Assembly: GCA_009602735.1 (NCBI GenBank)
Contig: WELA01002119.1
Span: forward strand, 1-64,000
Origin: Mesotaenium endlicherianum
Taxonomy: Eukaryota
DNA length: 64,000 bases
Direction: 5' to 3'
Part shown: piece after piece, positions 1-10,584 of the stretch
How the letters are laid out: each line of letters begins with the position of its first letter
How positions within the stretch are numbered: position 1 is the first letter of the stretch
Program-made: the position numbers and the translations under genes
The notes under the pieces: model-generated
Databases searched by the model: none
What the model saw: the letters and a program-made list of their open reading frames with translations, nothing else
Told to the model about the DNA's origin: nothing

Positions 1-85
1 GCTACCACTTGTGTTCAAAGATCCTTGTCTTGAATAGATAAACTATTCTGTTTTACTAAGTACTTTATCTATCTGTTGCACTACA
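1..85 (+). mobile_element. 3' end of a family-A LTR (solo or 3' LTR), truncated by the window start and inserted into the gag of element B
   Basis: Matches the last 85 nt of the LTR at 2109-2611 and ends ...CACTACA. It is followed by CTTCT and gag-B coding sequence rather than a PBS. Confidence 0.9.
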
Positions 86-976
86 CTTCTCATGCAACTT
101 CTCAACAAACTCTACCCACGTAGGGTCACCGAATTGCTGAGCCTTACGCTCTCCTTTCCAGAATAGCCACCAGTCTGCAACACTGCCTTTCAGTAGCGCA
201 CCGGTGTGCCTGACCTTCTCGTAATCTTGCAGTTCTGGGTAGTTCTCCAGCCACTGCTCAACATCCGCGAGAAACTTGATCAGGTAATATTTTCTGTTTC
301 CCTCAAAATCATAGTCCTGGGGAGGTTTCGGCTTGGGCTTACTAGGCCCTCTGCCACCATCACCAGTGGTTTGAGAACCCAGTTGGTCTCTGTCCCGCAG
401 TAGAGACATTATGATTCTTTTGTCCTCCTGTTGGGACTGCTACATGGTCGCCATTTGCGACTGCATTTGAACGAACAATGCTCCCAAGTCTACACTCTGG
501 GGTGGTAGTCTAGCAAATGCAGCAGCAGCATTGGCATCTACGCGCTGAGTAGTGTCCTCAACAGTCCCTCTTGCTCCTGCAGCAGCAATTCGTACCGCAT
601 TCAGCCGGTCACGTATTTGACCTAGGGGTACATTAAGTTGTACGGCAGGAGGTGGGTTCAGAACATTGGCCCTAGATGCCATAAGTTCTTCAACAGTGCG
701 CTCGTCAGCTGGCTGTCCTTCTCTCCTTTCTGTATCTTCAGCGGCCTTTGCTAATTGTTCAGCTTCTAATCTGGCTCTCTTCTCCTCAGCTTGCTGTGCT
801 GCGACTGCGACAATAGCAGCTGCCTCATCTGCAGCCTCTCTAGCTGCAGTATCTGCCACTGCTTCAGAATAGGTACGGGTACCCGCTACATGGCTTTCCG
901 CCTGGTTTTCGACATTCTCGTTATCCTGGTTCTCCATGTCTCGGGAGTTGCTAGTTTGAGACCTTGTCCTTACCAT
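86..976 (-). pseudogene. gag: Ty3/Gypsy gag of element B, with one in-frame TAG at 440-442 and interrupted at 85 by LTR A
   Basis: ORFs 440..976 (MVRTRSQ...) and 65..409 share a frame across a single TAG. The capsid-like pattern KPKPPQDYDFEG...EKVRHTGALLKGSVADWW...PTWVEFVEKL is present, just downstream of the PBS and LTR. Confidence 0.85.
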
Positions 977-997
977 ACAAAGAATACTGTGATAATT

Positions 998-1009
998 GCT
1001 CCGATACCA
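998..1009 (-). promoter_or_regulatory. Primer-binding site (tRNA-iMet type) of element B
   Basis: The minus strand reads TGGTATCGGAGC, 1 nt from the LTR edge at 1011. Confidence 0.85.
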
Positions 1010-1010
1010 C

Positions 1011-1722
1011 TGAAATGAATTGACTTACCGATTAGGCGATTAACAATTAATGAAGATCTTTATATCAGCAAGTAATCTTTATGGTATTTTTTGTTTATTG
1101 AATTAACAGCAAAGGACCACACACTAGCAGTGAATAATACTTGTAAGTCAAATGCAAGTAAACTAGCATCAATAATGCAATCAGTAAACTCATACATAAG
1201 CAAGGTTGGAAGACAGTGCGTATCAATGGCTTCTAGCCTTGGATTCAGATCTCTCTCAGTAAGCTGTACAAGAGAGTTGGCCTCGTTTCCGAATGCCGAA
1301 CTTGAGAGCAATGCCTAGCATATGTACATGGAATGAGTTTACTGTTCAACGGCCAATGCGATGGCACCGCCTACTCGGGAGTTAACCACGTTGGTAGGAC
1401 CTCGGTTAACCAAATCCACCGCCATCTCCCATCATCCCGAATCGCCATCCATCACAGGGATGTCATTTTGCCATTCATCTAGCACTTAGATGCATATCGA
1501 GGCAGTTCGCTGCTACCGAGTACGGAAGTTAGCTGGCTGTCAAAGAATGTGTTTGCAAGCTGACTTAAGTTGGCTTCAGCCTGCTGCTTCCGACTGAGTC
1601 CTTAAACTGATAATTATGTAAAGTCCAGCAGACTCAATACTACATAAAGTTCAGTAGGTTGAACTTAAATAACTTTTATATTTAAATGAATATTATATCT
1701 ACTAATGTATTGATTCATTACA
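1011..1722 (-). mobile_element. 5' LTR of element B (about 712 bp)
   Basis: Termini TGAAATGAAT...ATTCATTACA form an imperfect inverted repeat (TG...CA) and abut the PBS. At 1723 the sequence switches to gag-C coding (presumed TSD GCCTC; the partner lies outside the window). Confidence 0.75.
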
Positions 1723-2108
1723 GCCTCTTTCATGGCAGCATTTGCCCATGGCGGCTTTAGATTTGGGTTCTTAGACCAGCACTCATCTTCTGAGTGTCCC
1801 TTCTTGCTGCAATGTGTACATATCTGCGCCTTGCTAGTAGATAGCTGCTTAGCATCCGGGTACGGACAATCTCTTTTCTGATGTCGTGATTTCCCGCAAT
1901 TCCAACAGCCCTCTGCTGTTTCAGTAGTGTTGGCATGCTTAGCAAACGTATTGAAAGACCCGCCCTTCTTCTTAAATTGAAAATTCGAGCCGTTGATCTT
2001 AGGCGGAGAGGATTCCTTCCTCCTCTCAAGAGTTATAAGCATCCTGAAAGCCTCCTTATACCACACTTTACCTTCTTCGACATTGCGTGCTATTTCAACC
2101 GCCTCGTC
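1723..2108 (-). pseudogene. gag: gag of element C, C-terminal piece with two CCHC zinc knuckles
   Basis: Reads DEAVEIARNVEEGKVWYKEAF...CWNCGKSRHQKRDC...CTHCSKKGHSEDECW and is cut at both ends by insertions. Confidence 0.8.
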
Positions 2109-2611
2109 TGTAGTGATATGAGTTATTATACATTAGTTTGCATATATTTTAATGTTTTCAAATATATTTGAAGTAGTATGGTGTGGAGTCAAGTGTGAAT
2201 AGGTACTCTAGTAACTTGGTTCATGTCCTTTGAACCTTCCAAGGCATTTTCGAAGTTAGAGGAAAGACCTAGAAGAACTCCATGTGGCAAAAGTCAGATG
2301 TGCCATTTTTAGGTCAAAAGGACATGTGTACATTATTCTAGAAAGAGGTGGCAAGTTTTGGGATGTGTTGGGTGCCAACACATCAACATACACCTTCCTA
2401 GAAATTACTTATGTAGCAAGTATATAAACAAGAGCTAGAACATAGAAAGACATTCCAGAATCACTCTTGTACTTGCCAAAATCCAGAAATATATTAACTT
2501 TCAAGAAGCCATCTCTCTTTCAAGAAGCTACCACTTGTGTTCAAAGATCCTTGTCTTGAATAGATAAAGTATTCTGTTTTACTAAGTACTTTATCTATCT
2601 GTTTCACTACA
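2109..2611 (+). mobile_element. Family-A solo LTR (503 bp)
   Basis: TGTAGTGA...TCACTACA termini, 5-bp TSD TCGTC (2104-2108 / 2612-2616) and TATATAAA at 2421. It is the reverse complement of 10082-10584, with one mismatch by eye. Confidence 0.95.
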
Positions 2612-2618
2612 TCGTCGA

Positions 2619-3536
2619 TGTAACGTTTCTGCTTTTTAAGAGGATATTTCCTCGGTATTCAAGGAATATTTAGTTGAAGTGGAAAGAAAATCTGTATACT
2701 TGTGCAAATTGACGAATACTTGAAATAGCGAAAATGAAATCTAACGTAGAATGTGTGCTTGTGAGAGTTGCACTCATAATGACTCTACAGGTATTTATAC
2801 CTGCACAACGTGAGGCACTGGAGTGCTTCAAGTCACCACCTAGGGCACTGGTTCATGTCCACAAAAACAGGCGAAGGGGTATGACCCATTTCGGCTGAAT
2901 GCTCGAAACGCGCTGTTCGGCCGTTTGGAGACTTTTTGACGGTTTCCGAAAAATCGTTTCGCGCCAAACGGGCATTTTCGCGTTCTCGCGACTTTTTGAA
3001 AAGTCGCGACTGTTCGCGGAGTCGCGTACAGATGCTTTTGTCATGAACCGGTAGTTTAAAAAGCTACTTTGGCCAATCGGTTAGATGTGAAAGTTTCAAA
3101 CGACAAGTCGCGGGTTCGAATCCGCTCGGATGCAAAGTCGCTTTGCATATTATGTGTCGTTTGATTTTACGACTGTTTGTTTGTATTAACGACTGGTCGT
3201 AAATCCGAAATCAGTGATTATGCATTATCCGAAATAATGACAATCAACATATCTTAATCAAACAATGATTAATTAAGTTATCATCTCATACTTAATCAAA
3301 GTAACTTTATGAATAATTATGTCGTACTTTTGCGAAGTAGTCGAATTACGTTACGACGCTTTTTGCAATAGTATCTCGGTTGTTTCGCCAATCGACCAGG
3401 AATTAATCGACACACGCGTGTGGCGAATAATTGAATATGATGCAATCATTTGTCAAATAATAAGATAAATAGTATAACGTACTTTAAGTAATTGGGAAAA
3501 CGTCCCAAATACGCCTAAATAGCTCGGATCGTTACA
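2619..3536 (-). mobile_element. Solo LTR of a further family (D), 918 bp
   Basis: TGTAACG...CGTTACA terminal inverted repeat, with flanks GTCGA/GTCAA (TSD with one mismatch). Removing it restores the gag-C frame (WDID|EAVEIA). Orientation is inferred from a minus-strand TATAAAT near 2792-2798. Confidence 0.8.
3063..3134 (+). other. Degenerate tRNA-like / Pol III A-box and B-box cassette inside LTR D
   Basis: TGGCCAATCGG (3070-3080) and GGTTCGAATCC (3113-3123) sit at tRNA-like spacing. The acceptor and anticodon stems do not pair well, so it is not a functional tRNA. Confidence 0.55.
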
Positions 3537-3904
3537 GTCAATGTCCCAGACTATCCCGTGCTTCGCGGGCAGGTGTGGCCTGACTTTACGATCTGTTTCC
3601 TTGCCCAAGCTTAACAGAAATTTGTCAGCAACTATTCTGGGCTCGTAGATTTTTGCCTTTTTGGCGAGGTCTACCAATTTGAATTTAACCTCCATGACTG
3701 TCTCCTTCTTCTGACGGACAAAATGCACATAACGGTGCACCTTAAGACTGCGATCCTTTGGGAATTGTGCTTCGAGCAACTTGAAGAAACGACGCAAGCA
3801 ATGCTCGGAGTCTAGCTGGTCATCCCCAACTTCCATATCCTTACGACAACTAGCCAAGGCTTGCGCATGGCTTGCCTCTGTCGTGGCGCTATCGCCTTGC
3901 TGAC
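3537..3904 (-). pseudogene. gag: gag of element C, middle piece
   Basis: Reads FFKLLEAQFP...FVRQKKETVMEVKFKLVDLAKKA...IVADKFLLSL...WDID, a retrotransposon gag QxxxETV-like motif. It is bounded by insertions D and A. Confidence 0.75.
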
Positions 3905-4407
3905 TGTAGTGAAACAGATAGATAAAGTACTTAGTAAAACAGAATACTTTATCTATTCAAGACAAGGATCTTTGAACACAAGTGGTAGCTTCTTGAAAGA
4001 GAGATGGCTTCTTGAAAGTTAATATATTTCTGGATTTTGGCAAGTACAAGAGTAATTCTGGAATGTCTTTCTATGTTCTAGCTCTTGTTTATATACTTGC
4101 TACATAAGTAATTTCTAGGAAGGTGTATGTTGATGTGTTGGCACCCAACACATCCCAAAACTTGCCACCTCTTTCTAGAATAATGTACACATGTCCTTTT
4201 GACCTAAAAATGGCACATTTGACTTTTGCCACATGGAGTTCTTCTAGGTCTTTCCTCTAACTTCGAAAATGCCTTGGAAGGTTCAAAGGACATGAACCAA
4301 GTTACTAGAGTACCTATTCACACTTGACTCCACACAATACTACTCCAAATATATTTGAAAACATTAAAATATATGCAAACTAATATATAATAACTCAAAT
4401 CACTACA
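3905..4407 (-). repeat. 3' LTR of element A
   Basis: Direct repeat of 10082-10584 with 5 mismatches; adjacent to the PPT. Confidence 0.95.
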
Positions 4408-4418
4408 TCACCCCCCCG
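4408..4418 (-). promoter_or_regulatory. Polypurine tract of element A
   Basis: The minus strand reads CGGGGGGGTGA directly before the TG of the 3' LTR. Confidence 0.75.
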
Positions 4419-4444
4419 ATAGAAAAAGCGACGTCTCGGCGCGT

Positions 4445-4567
4445 CAAGTCAGGTCTTACACATGTGGAGCAAACTAGTCAACAGTTTCAAGTCAGATGCC
4501 ACACATGTGAAGAGGACTAGTCAAAGGCGCCAAGTCAGGTGCTACACATGTAAGGTAGACTAGGCAA
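4445..4567. repeat. Three degenerate copies of a ~43-bp repeat in the 3' UTR of element A
   Basis: CAAGTCAG...ACACATGT...ACTAG(T/G)CAA starting at 4445, 4488 and 4530. Confidence 0.75.
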
Positions 4568-5176
4568 GGTCGTAGGTGGTGTGACCTTATTGGCTAGCCT
4601 ACTCCTTAATGATAAAGAAAATTGTACAAGTTGGCCCAGAATCTGCCACGAACTCAAAAATTCATAGCGGCCACAGAACTGCTCCAAATCTGAAAATTCG
4701 AGTGCCAGACGGACCGCGTCGGAGAACTCTACCGGGTCACCAAATTTGAGAGCATTCTCATTTCTGGAGTGTCGTTGAGAGCTGAGAGAGTAGGCACTCC
4801 TCCAAATCTGTGCAGAAACTTCTGAAAATCATAAGTCCTTCTATACTTCTCCAAATTCTGCAAACTAAGTCTCAAACTGGGCGCTGTAAGATGTTCTACC
4901 AGAGTCTTGAGTTTCAGAGCATTCCAAGTTCAGGGGAGGGCACAATGTCAGAAGGCATATTCTGCCCTAACAATGCCAGCAGCCTGACCCCCTTCTACTT
5001 AGAGCATCATATCTCTCTCACCAGTGCTCCAAATTGAGCAAACTTGGACTCTAAATGACCGGCTACTCATGGACTACAGCCAGGTAAATTTTCAGAATTT
5101 ATTATGCAGAGACCTATTACCAGTAGCAGTTTTAGTTTTCTGTCCAGAAACTGCGAGAAGAGAAGAGTGTCTAATG

Positions 5177-8100
5177 TCAATTTTTCCTCTTTCTTGTTCT
5201 TGCAGGCTGCCTCCAAGGGGTCTTCTGCTGCTTCTTGATGGTGGCAGGCTGCCTCCCTGAAGTCTTCGGGCTTCTAGTAGAGAGACTTGGGGCTGGTCCA
5301 AGATGGGGGTTGGCGGCATGGAAGCGCTTCAACTTTCTCTGAACTTTGTCAAGGTAGTGCGCCGCCACCCAACTATTCTCCGAATCTGGATATCCTTTCC
5401 ACTTGATCAAGTATTGCTGCTGTCTCCTGAAATTTCTCATAGCCACTATGTCTTCCACTTCGTACTCCAAATGATCATCCACTATTGTTGGGGCTGGTGG
5501 GGTTGTCACACGTCCTGGGAACTTGTTGTCGGGTTGCACATATGGCTTGAAGAGGGAAGCGTGGAATACGGGGTCGATGTGCATAGTCTGGGGAAGTTCT
5601 AGCTTGAAAGCAACGGGGTTGACTTGCTGGATAATCTTGAAGGGTCCCAAATACTTGGGAGAGAACTTGCTGCCGGCAGGCCTGTTGTTCAGGGAAATGT
5701 TCTTGGATGATAGTAACACGTTGTCACCCACTCTGTACGTAATTTCTCTTCTGGATCTGTTCGCCACTCTTGCTTGAGCATCTTGCGCGTGTTGTAGAGC
5801 TTTCTTCGCTGCTGTAAGGGCTGCTTCTAATGTCTCCATAAAATCTGTGGCTGCAGGTACTTCATCATGGCCAGCCGTGAAGCTCAGTGGCGTGGTCGGA
5901 TGGAAGCCATAGTTGAGGAAGAATGGGGACTCTTGGGTAGAGGCCTGCGTAGTGTTGTTGTAGGCAAACTCGAGGGGGGTCAAGTACATGTCCCAGTCTT
6001 GCTCGAGGGTAGACACGTAGGCCTTTAGAGAGGTCTTTAGGGTACGATTCATACGCTCGGTTTGCCCATCTGATTGTGGGTGGTAGGCAGTAGACATATC
6101 CAGCGATGTACCCAAGTTCTTGAAGAGATTTTTCCAGAAATGGCTTGTGAATCTTGGATCTCTATCTGACACAATTCTTGATGGTAGTCCATGGAGTCGG
6201 AAGATGTTGTCAAAGATGAGTCTTGCAAGTTGTGGTGCTGTAGCCTTAGTCGTCGTGGGAATAAAATGAGCCATCTTGGTAAGTCTGTCCACCGCCGTGA
6301 GTATTGCATTATGGCCTCGAGGTGTCACGGGCAAGTCCACGATAAGGTCCATTGAGATGTCCGTCCATTGTCTTTCGGGGATTGGTAGTGGTTGGAGGAG
6401 TCCTCCCGCCTTTTGCGATGATGGCTTGATTCTTTGGCATGTGTCACAGCTCCTGCAGTACTCCTTGACTTGCTTAGACATGCCTGGCCAACAATAAGTC
6501 CTAGCTAGAACGCCCGTGGTCCTTAGGATTCCAAAGTGTCCTCCAAGAGGGTTGTCGTGTGCTTCTCGTAGAAGCAAGAGCCGGAGGTCTAAGTCATTAG
6601 GAACACATCTCTGGCCCGTATCTTGCCTCACCCAATAATTGCCTTCTTGCTTCTTGCATGGGTCCAAGGCTGCTTCTCCGTTCTTGTAGTAAGGGTCTCT
6701 TTCATAGGCGGCTGAAAATCGAGCTTCCAGATCTGTCTTCAGGGATACCATCACTGCATTTAATTGCAGTCTTGAGAGGGGGTCAGCCGGGTTTGTCTTG
6801 CCGGGCTGGTACTGAATCGTGATGTTGTATTGTTGCAAGTATCCGCTCCATCTTGCTTGTCTCCTTGAGAGATACGGCTGCGTTTGGAGGTGCTTTAACG
6901 CCTCGTGGTCCGTGGTGACCAGTACTTTGCGTCCTTCAACGTAGCAGCGCCAAACCTTCAAGGCATGTACAATCGCCAATGCCTCTCGCTCCGTGGTTGT
7001 ATAATTTTGCTCGGCTGGATTTAGCTTCCTTGACTCGTAGGCGATGGGCTGCAGTCCCTTGCCTTGGTCTTGAAGCAGGATTGCTCCTATTGCATAGGAA
7101 GATGCATCGGTGATGACGTGGAAGGGCCAATCTGGGTTTGGACTTGGGAGTGTGAGCACCGGGGATGTGGTCAATCTTCGCTTTAACTCTTGAAATGCCT
7201 CTTCCTCTTTCTCGGTCCATGTATATAGCCTGTCCTTCTTGAGTAGATCTGTCAGGGGGGCTGCTATGTGCGAGAAGCCTTGGATGAATTTTCTGTACCA
7301 ATTGGCAAATCCCAAGAATGACTGGAGTTCTTTCTTGGTCGTGGGGGTTGGCCATTCCTCCACCACCGTGGTCTTCTTGGGGTCTATCTTGATGCCATCA
7401 GCAGTCACGTGGAGACCTAGGAACTCCACTTCTTGTTTGGCAAACTCGCATTTTGACTCCTTCGCAAACAGCTTGTTTTGCTTCAATACTTCAAGGACTT
7501 CTTTCAAGTGTCTCGCATGCTCTTCAAGGGTCTTGCTGTAGATAAGGATGTCATCGATGAATACCACCACAAATCTGTCCAACATGGGCTGAAATATGGT
7601 GTTCATCATAGTCATGAAAGTTGCTGGCGCGTTGGTGAGTCCAAATGGCAGGACCATGAACTCAAAATGTCCATATCTTGTCCTGAATGCCGTCTTCTCT
7701 ATGTCCGGTTCTGCGATGCGAATCTGGTGGTAGCCGCTCCGTAAGTCAATCTTCGTGAAGTACTTGGCTCCAACCAGCCGGTCCATGAGCTCATCCATGC
7801 GCGGCAGCGGGTATCGATTCTTGATGGTGATCTTGTTGAGGGCGCGATAGTCCACACACATCCTCAAGGTACCATCTTTCTTCTTGACAAATAGCACCGG
7901 GGCTCCAAATGGCGACTTGCTAGGTCGAATGAAGCCATGCTCCAGTAGCTCCTTGATTTGCTTCTTGACTTCGTCTAGCTCCGTGTATGACATTTTGAAC
8001 GTAGGCCGAGAGATGGGCTTGCTTCCGGGCTCCAACTCTATCTTGTGGTCTACGAATCTTTTGGGGGGTAGGCCCTTGGGCAATTCCGGGGAGAACACTT

Positions 8101-8785
8101 CTTTGTAGTCCTCTAAGACTTCTTGTATCTCCTTGGGAACGGGGCTGCCTTCTTGACTCTCGATGTCTTTCTTGATGTCTTTTGGCGTGATCAAGGCCAA
8201 AAGAAGCTCGTGTCCCTTCCTCACAAGTCTCTTGAGTTGGAGGGCGGACAATAGTATCTCGTGTGCCGGCTTCTGGATGTCTTGGGTCTGGATATTCTGG
8301 ATTGCGCGCAAAATACAGATTCTTGAAGTGATGTCATTCTTGATCTTGATAGTACCGGTCCTCCAATCAACTTGGGGGTTGTGCTTGGTCAACCAAGGCG
8401 TCCCTAGGATGACGTCGTACTTGCCCAATTGCATGGGGGAGAACACTACTCTATCCTTGAAGGACTTGATAGAGAGTGCCAAGGGGTACGTCTTCTTGGA
8501 AGGGGTAGTATAGGAGAATCCATCGGGCATCATAATCTCCTCGTCGTGGTCAAGAGTTCGCATAGTAATACCGTGCTTGGTGGCAAAATCTGCAGCAATG
8601 AAGTTGCCTTGAGCTCCGCTATCCACCAAGATGTGGACCTTCTCTCCTCCAAGGTAACCTCTCAAACTCATTGGGGCTGGAACGTCGTCTTCAACGGGGG
8701 TCTCCACCTCACTTGGCGTGTTGCCTTCTCGTGAAGTGGGTCTTGGGGTGGTAGGCTCCTGGCCTACCGGCGCTGTCCGTTTTTT
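5177..8785 (-). CDS. pol: Pol polyprotein (aspartic protease, RT, RNase H, integrase, chromodomain), reached by -1 frameshift from gag
   Basis: Motifs [37 protein letters not shown]...TDH; HHCC (AHD...GGH...CDTC); [23 protein letters not shown]...[15 protein letters not shown]. No internal stops. Confidence 0.95.
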   Translation of the reverse strand, partial: KKRTAPVGQEPTTPRPTSREGNTPSEVETPVEDDVPAPMSLRGYLGGEKVHILVDSGAQGNFIAADFATKHGITMRTLDHDEEIMMPDGFSYTTPSKKTYPLALSIKSFKDRVVFSPMQLGKYDVILGTPWLTKHNPQVDWRTGTIKIKNDITSRICILRAIQNIQTQDIQKPAHEILLSALQLKRLVRKGHELLLALITPKDIKKDIESQEGSPVPKEIQEVLEDYKEVFSPELPKGLPPKRFVDHKIELEPGSKPISRPTFKMSYTELDEVKKQIKELLEHGFIRPSKSPFGAPVLFVKKKDGTLRMCVDYRALNKITIKNRYPLPRMDELMDRLVGAKYFTKIDLRSGYHQIRIAEPDIEKTAFRTRYGHFEFMVLPFGLTNAPATFMTMMNTIFQPMLDRFVVVFIDDILIYSKTLEEHARHLKEVLEVLKQNKLFAKESKCEFAKQEVEFLGLHVTADGIKIDPKKTTVVEEWPTPTTKKELQSFLGFANWYRKFIQGFSHIAAPLTDLLKKDRLYTWTEKEEEAFQELKRRLTTSPVLTLPSPNPDWPFHVITDASSYAIGAILLQDQGKGLQPIAYESRKLNPAEQNYTTTEREALAIVHALKVWRCYVEGRKVLVTTDHEALKHLQTQPYLSRRQARWSGYLQQYNITIQYQPGKTNPADPLSRLQLNAVMVSLKTDLEARFSAAYERDPYYKNGEAALDPCKKQEGNYWVRQDTGQRCVPNDLDLRLLLLREAHDNPLGGHFGILRTTGVLARTYCWPGMSKQVKEYCRSCDTCQRIKPSSQKAGGLLQPLPIPERQWTDISMDLIVDLPVTPRGHNAILTAVDRLTKMAHFIPTTTKATAPQLARLIFDNIFRLHGLPSRIVSDRDPRFTSHFWKNLFKNLGTSLDMSTAYHPQSDGQTERMNRTLKTSLKAYVSTLEQDWDMYLTPLEFAYNNTTQASTQESPFFLNYGFHPTTPLSFTAGHDEVPAATDFMETLEAALTAAKKALQHAQDAQARVANRSRREITYRVGDNVLLSSKNISLNNRPAGSKFSPKYLGPFKIIQQVNPVAFKLELPQTMHIDPVFHASLFKPYVQPDNKFPGRVTTPPAPTIVDDHLEYEVEDIVAMRNFRRQQQYLIKWKGYPDSENSWVAAHYLDKVQRKLKRFHAANPHLGPAPSLSTRSPKTSGRQPATIKKQQKTPWRQPARTRKRKN
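8750..8785 (-). promoter_or_regulatory. Programmed -1 ribosomal frameshift signal
   Basis: A_AAA_AAC in gag phase (8785-8779), then after 10 nt the hairpin GGTAGGC-CAGGA-GCCTACC (8768-8750). Pol is in the -1 frame relative to gag. Confidence 0.8.
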
Positions 8786-10044
8786 GACAACTTTTTGGGG
8801 CATGAAAGTGCACGATGGCCCTTTTCCTTGCAATAAAAGCATAGTCCAGCCGTCATGAGAGCTTCTTTTTCAGCCGGGGAGAGTCTTGCTTTCACTCCTT
8901 GCTGGTTTCTTGCATCATAAGTGTCATTGGAGGGTCTTCCACTCTTCCGGGCAGCCGCGGGGTCCCTTTTAATAACTCCGATTTCCATGGGTGTGGGTCC
9001 AGATTCGGATGTGGAAGGGGCTGCGTACACCCGCGTCGTCGGTACCCGTGAAGATGAAGGCACGGAGTGCTTGAAATCCAAGGTATCCACCTTTTGGGCC
9101 ACTTCAATGATCTTTGAGAAGTCCGTCAAGTCGCGTAACTCCACTTCCTTTGCCACCTTGGGTTTGAGGCCAAAGATGTAGCGGTCAATCTTCTCCTCGA
9201 GAGACATGTTGGGGATCTCAAGAGTGAGGGCGTGAAATCTGGATGTATACTCTTGAACGGACGTCGTTTGCTTGAGATGGTGGAGCTTTCCTCGGGCAAT
9301 CTTCTCCGCATTGATGGGCATGAATTGCTTCTTGAGGGCCTCACGAAAATCTGCCCATCTTGCATATGATGGTGGGGGCTCTTGGCCGAGCATGGGGTGC
9401 GCCATAGCTTGATATATAGCCGCTTGATAGTTACGCCACCATGATGTTGCTGCTCCTCTAAGTAAGGTAACGGCAAAGGGAACGTAGTCCTCCTCGGGTA
9501 CTTCAAGGAATGCGAGGTACGTCTCCACTTGGTAGAGCCATAAATTCAGGTTGGCACCTTTCCCGGGGTTGAAAGTGTCGGGTTTGCCGGGCTTGATGAG
9601 TTTCCTTGCTCTCGTTGGCTCTTGTGGAGGCGCTTGAGCCGGGGCTGGATTTTGAGCATTGCTCGCAATAGGGGCAACCATGGCAGCCATAGCTTCTCTT
9701 GACGCTTGCACGGTTGCTTCATAGGTGGCCAAGCCCACTTGGTTGTGGACGGTCATTAGGAAGGCTGCCCACTCATTTGCGGGAACTCCTTGTGGTGGGG
9801 TCAACTTTGCTATAGCGGCTGCCACGGGATTTGACGGTGCTCCTCCTTGTGGTGCTTCTTGTTGTTGGAGATTTCCTTGAGTAGGCTCTCCCATCGACGC
9901 TGGAGGAGGGTGTGCTCCTCCTTGTGGTGCTTCTTGTTGTTGCAGATTTTCTTGAGTGGGCTCTCCCATCGGCGCTGGAGGAGGGTGTCTTGGAGAGGAA
10001 GGGCTTCCTTCGAAAGCTTGCTGTTGGTCTTGAGGATCGGCCAT
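8764..10044 (-). CDS. gag: Gag of element A (426 aa)
   Basis: KPDTF...WLYQVE...LRGAATSWW...[10 protein letters not shown]...[12 protein letters not shown], and zinc knuckle [14 protein letters not shown]. Confidence 0.95.
   Translation of the reverse strand: MADPQDQQQAFEGSPSSPRHPPPAPMGEPTQENLQQQEAPQGGAHPPPASMGEPTQGNLQQQEAPQGGAPSNPVAAAIAKLTPPQGVPANEWAAFLMTVHNQVGLATYEATVQASREAMAAMVAPIASNAQNPAPAQAPPQEPTRARKLIKPGKPDTFNPGKGANLNLWLYQVETYLAFLEVPEEDYVPFAVTLLRGAATSWWRNYQAAIYQAMAHPMLGQEPPPSYARWADFREALKKQFMPINAEKIARGKLHHLKQTTSVQEYTSRFHALTLEIPNMSLEEKIDRYIFGLKPKVAKEVELRDLTDFSKIIEVAQKVDTLDFKHSVPSSSRVPTTRVYAAPSTSESGPTPMEIGVIKRDPAAARKSGRPSNDTYDARNQQGVKARLSPAEKEALMTAGLCFYCKEKGHRALSCPKKLSKNGQRR
9837..9988. 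repeat. 75-bp in-frame tandem duplication in the gag N-terminus
   Basis: [25 protein letters not shown] / [25 protein letters not shown]. Confidence 0.9.
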
Positions 10045-10068
10045 CTTCTTGTGCTACCAAAGTGCCTA

Positions 10069-10080
10069 GCTCCGATACCA
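10069..10080 (-). promoter_or_regulatory. PBS (tRNA-iMet type) of element A
   Basis: TGGTATCGGAGC, 1 nt after the 5' LTR. Confidence 0.9.
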
Positions 10081-10081
10081 C

Positions 10082-10584
10082 TGTAGTGAAACAGATAGAT
10101 AAAGTACTTAGTAAAACAGAATACTTTATCTATTCAAGACAAGGATCTTTGAACACAAGTGGTAGCTTCTTGAAAGAGAGATGGCTTCTTGAAAGTTAAT
10201 ATATTTCTGGATTTTGGCAAGTACAAGAGTGATTCTGGAATGTCTTTCTATGTTCTAGCTCTTGTTTATATACTTGCTACATAAGTAATTTCTAGGAAGG
10301 TGTATGTTGATGTGTTGGCACCCAACACATCCCAAAACTTGCCACCTCTTTCTAGAATAATGTACACATGTCCTTTTGACCTAAAAATGGCACATCTGAC
10401 TTTTGCCACATGGAGTTCTTCTAGGTCTTTCCTCTAACTTCGAAAATGCCTTGGAAGGTTCAAAGGACATGAACCAAGTTACTAGAGTACCTATTCACAC
10501 TTGACTCCACACCATACTACTTCAAATATATTTGAAAACATTAAAATATATGCAAACTAATGTATAATAACTCAAATCACTACA
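10082..10584 (-). repeat. 5' LTR of element A
   Basis: TG...CA termini, adjacent to the PBS and TSD. Confidence 0.95.

Larger units (their letters stand above)
3905..10584 (-). mobile_element. Intact Ty3/Gypsy chromovirus LTR retrotransposon (family A, 6680 bp)
   Basis: Two 503-bp LTRs, TSD CTGAC (3900-3904 / 10585-10589), PBS, PPT, and uninterrupted gag and pol in PR-RT-RH-IN-chromodomain order. Confidence 0.97.

Noticed and set aside
3063..3134. Functional tRNA gene
   Set aside because: The acceptor and anticodon stems do not pair; kept only as a tRNA-like cassette.
4445..4567. CRISPR-like repeat-spacer array
   Set aside because: Degenerate tandem units inside a retrotransposon UTR, with no unique spacers and no cas genes, in eukaryotic DNA.
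4810..5037. Antisense or env-like extra ORF in element A
   Set aside because: Short, non-ATG start, and no recognisable motif or transmembrane pattern.
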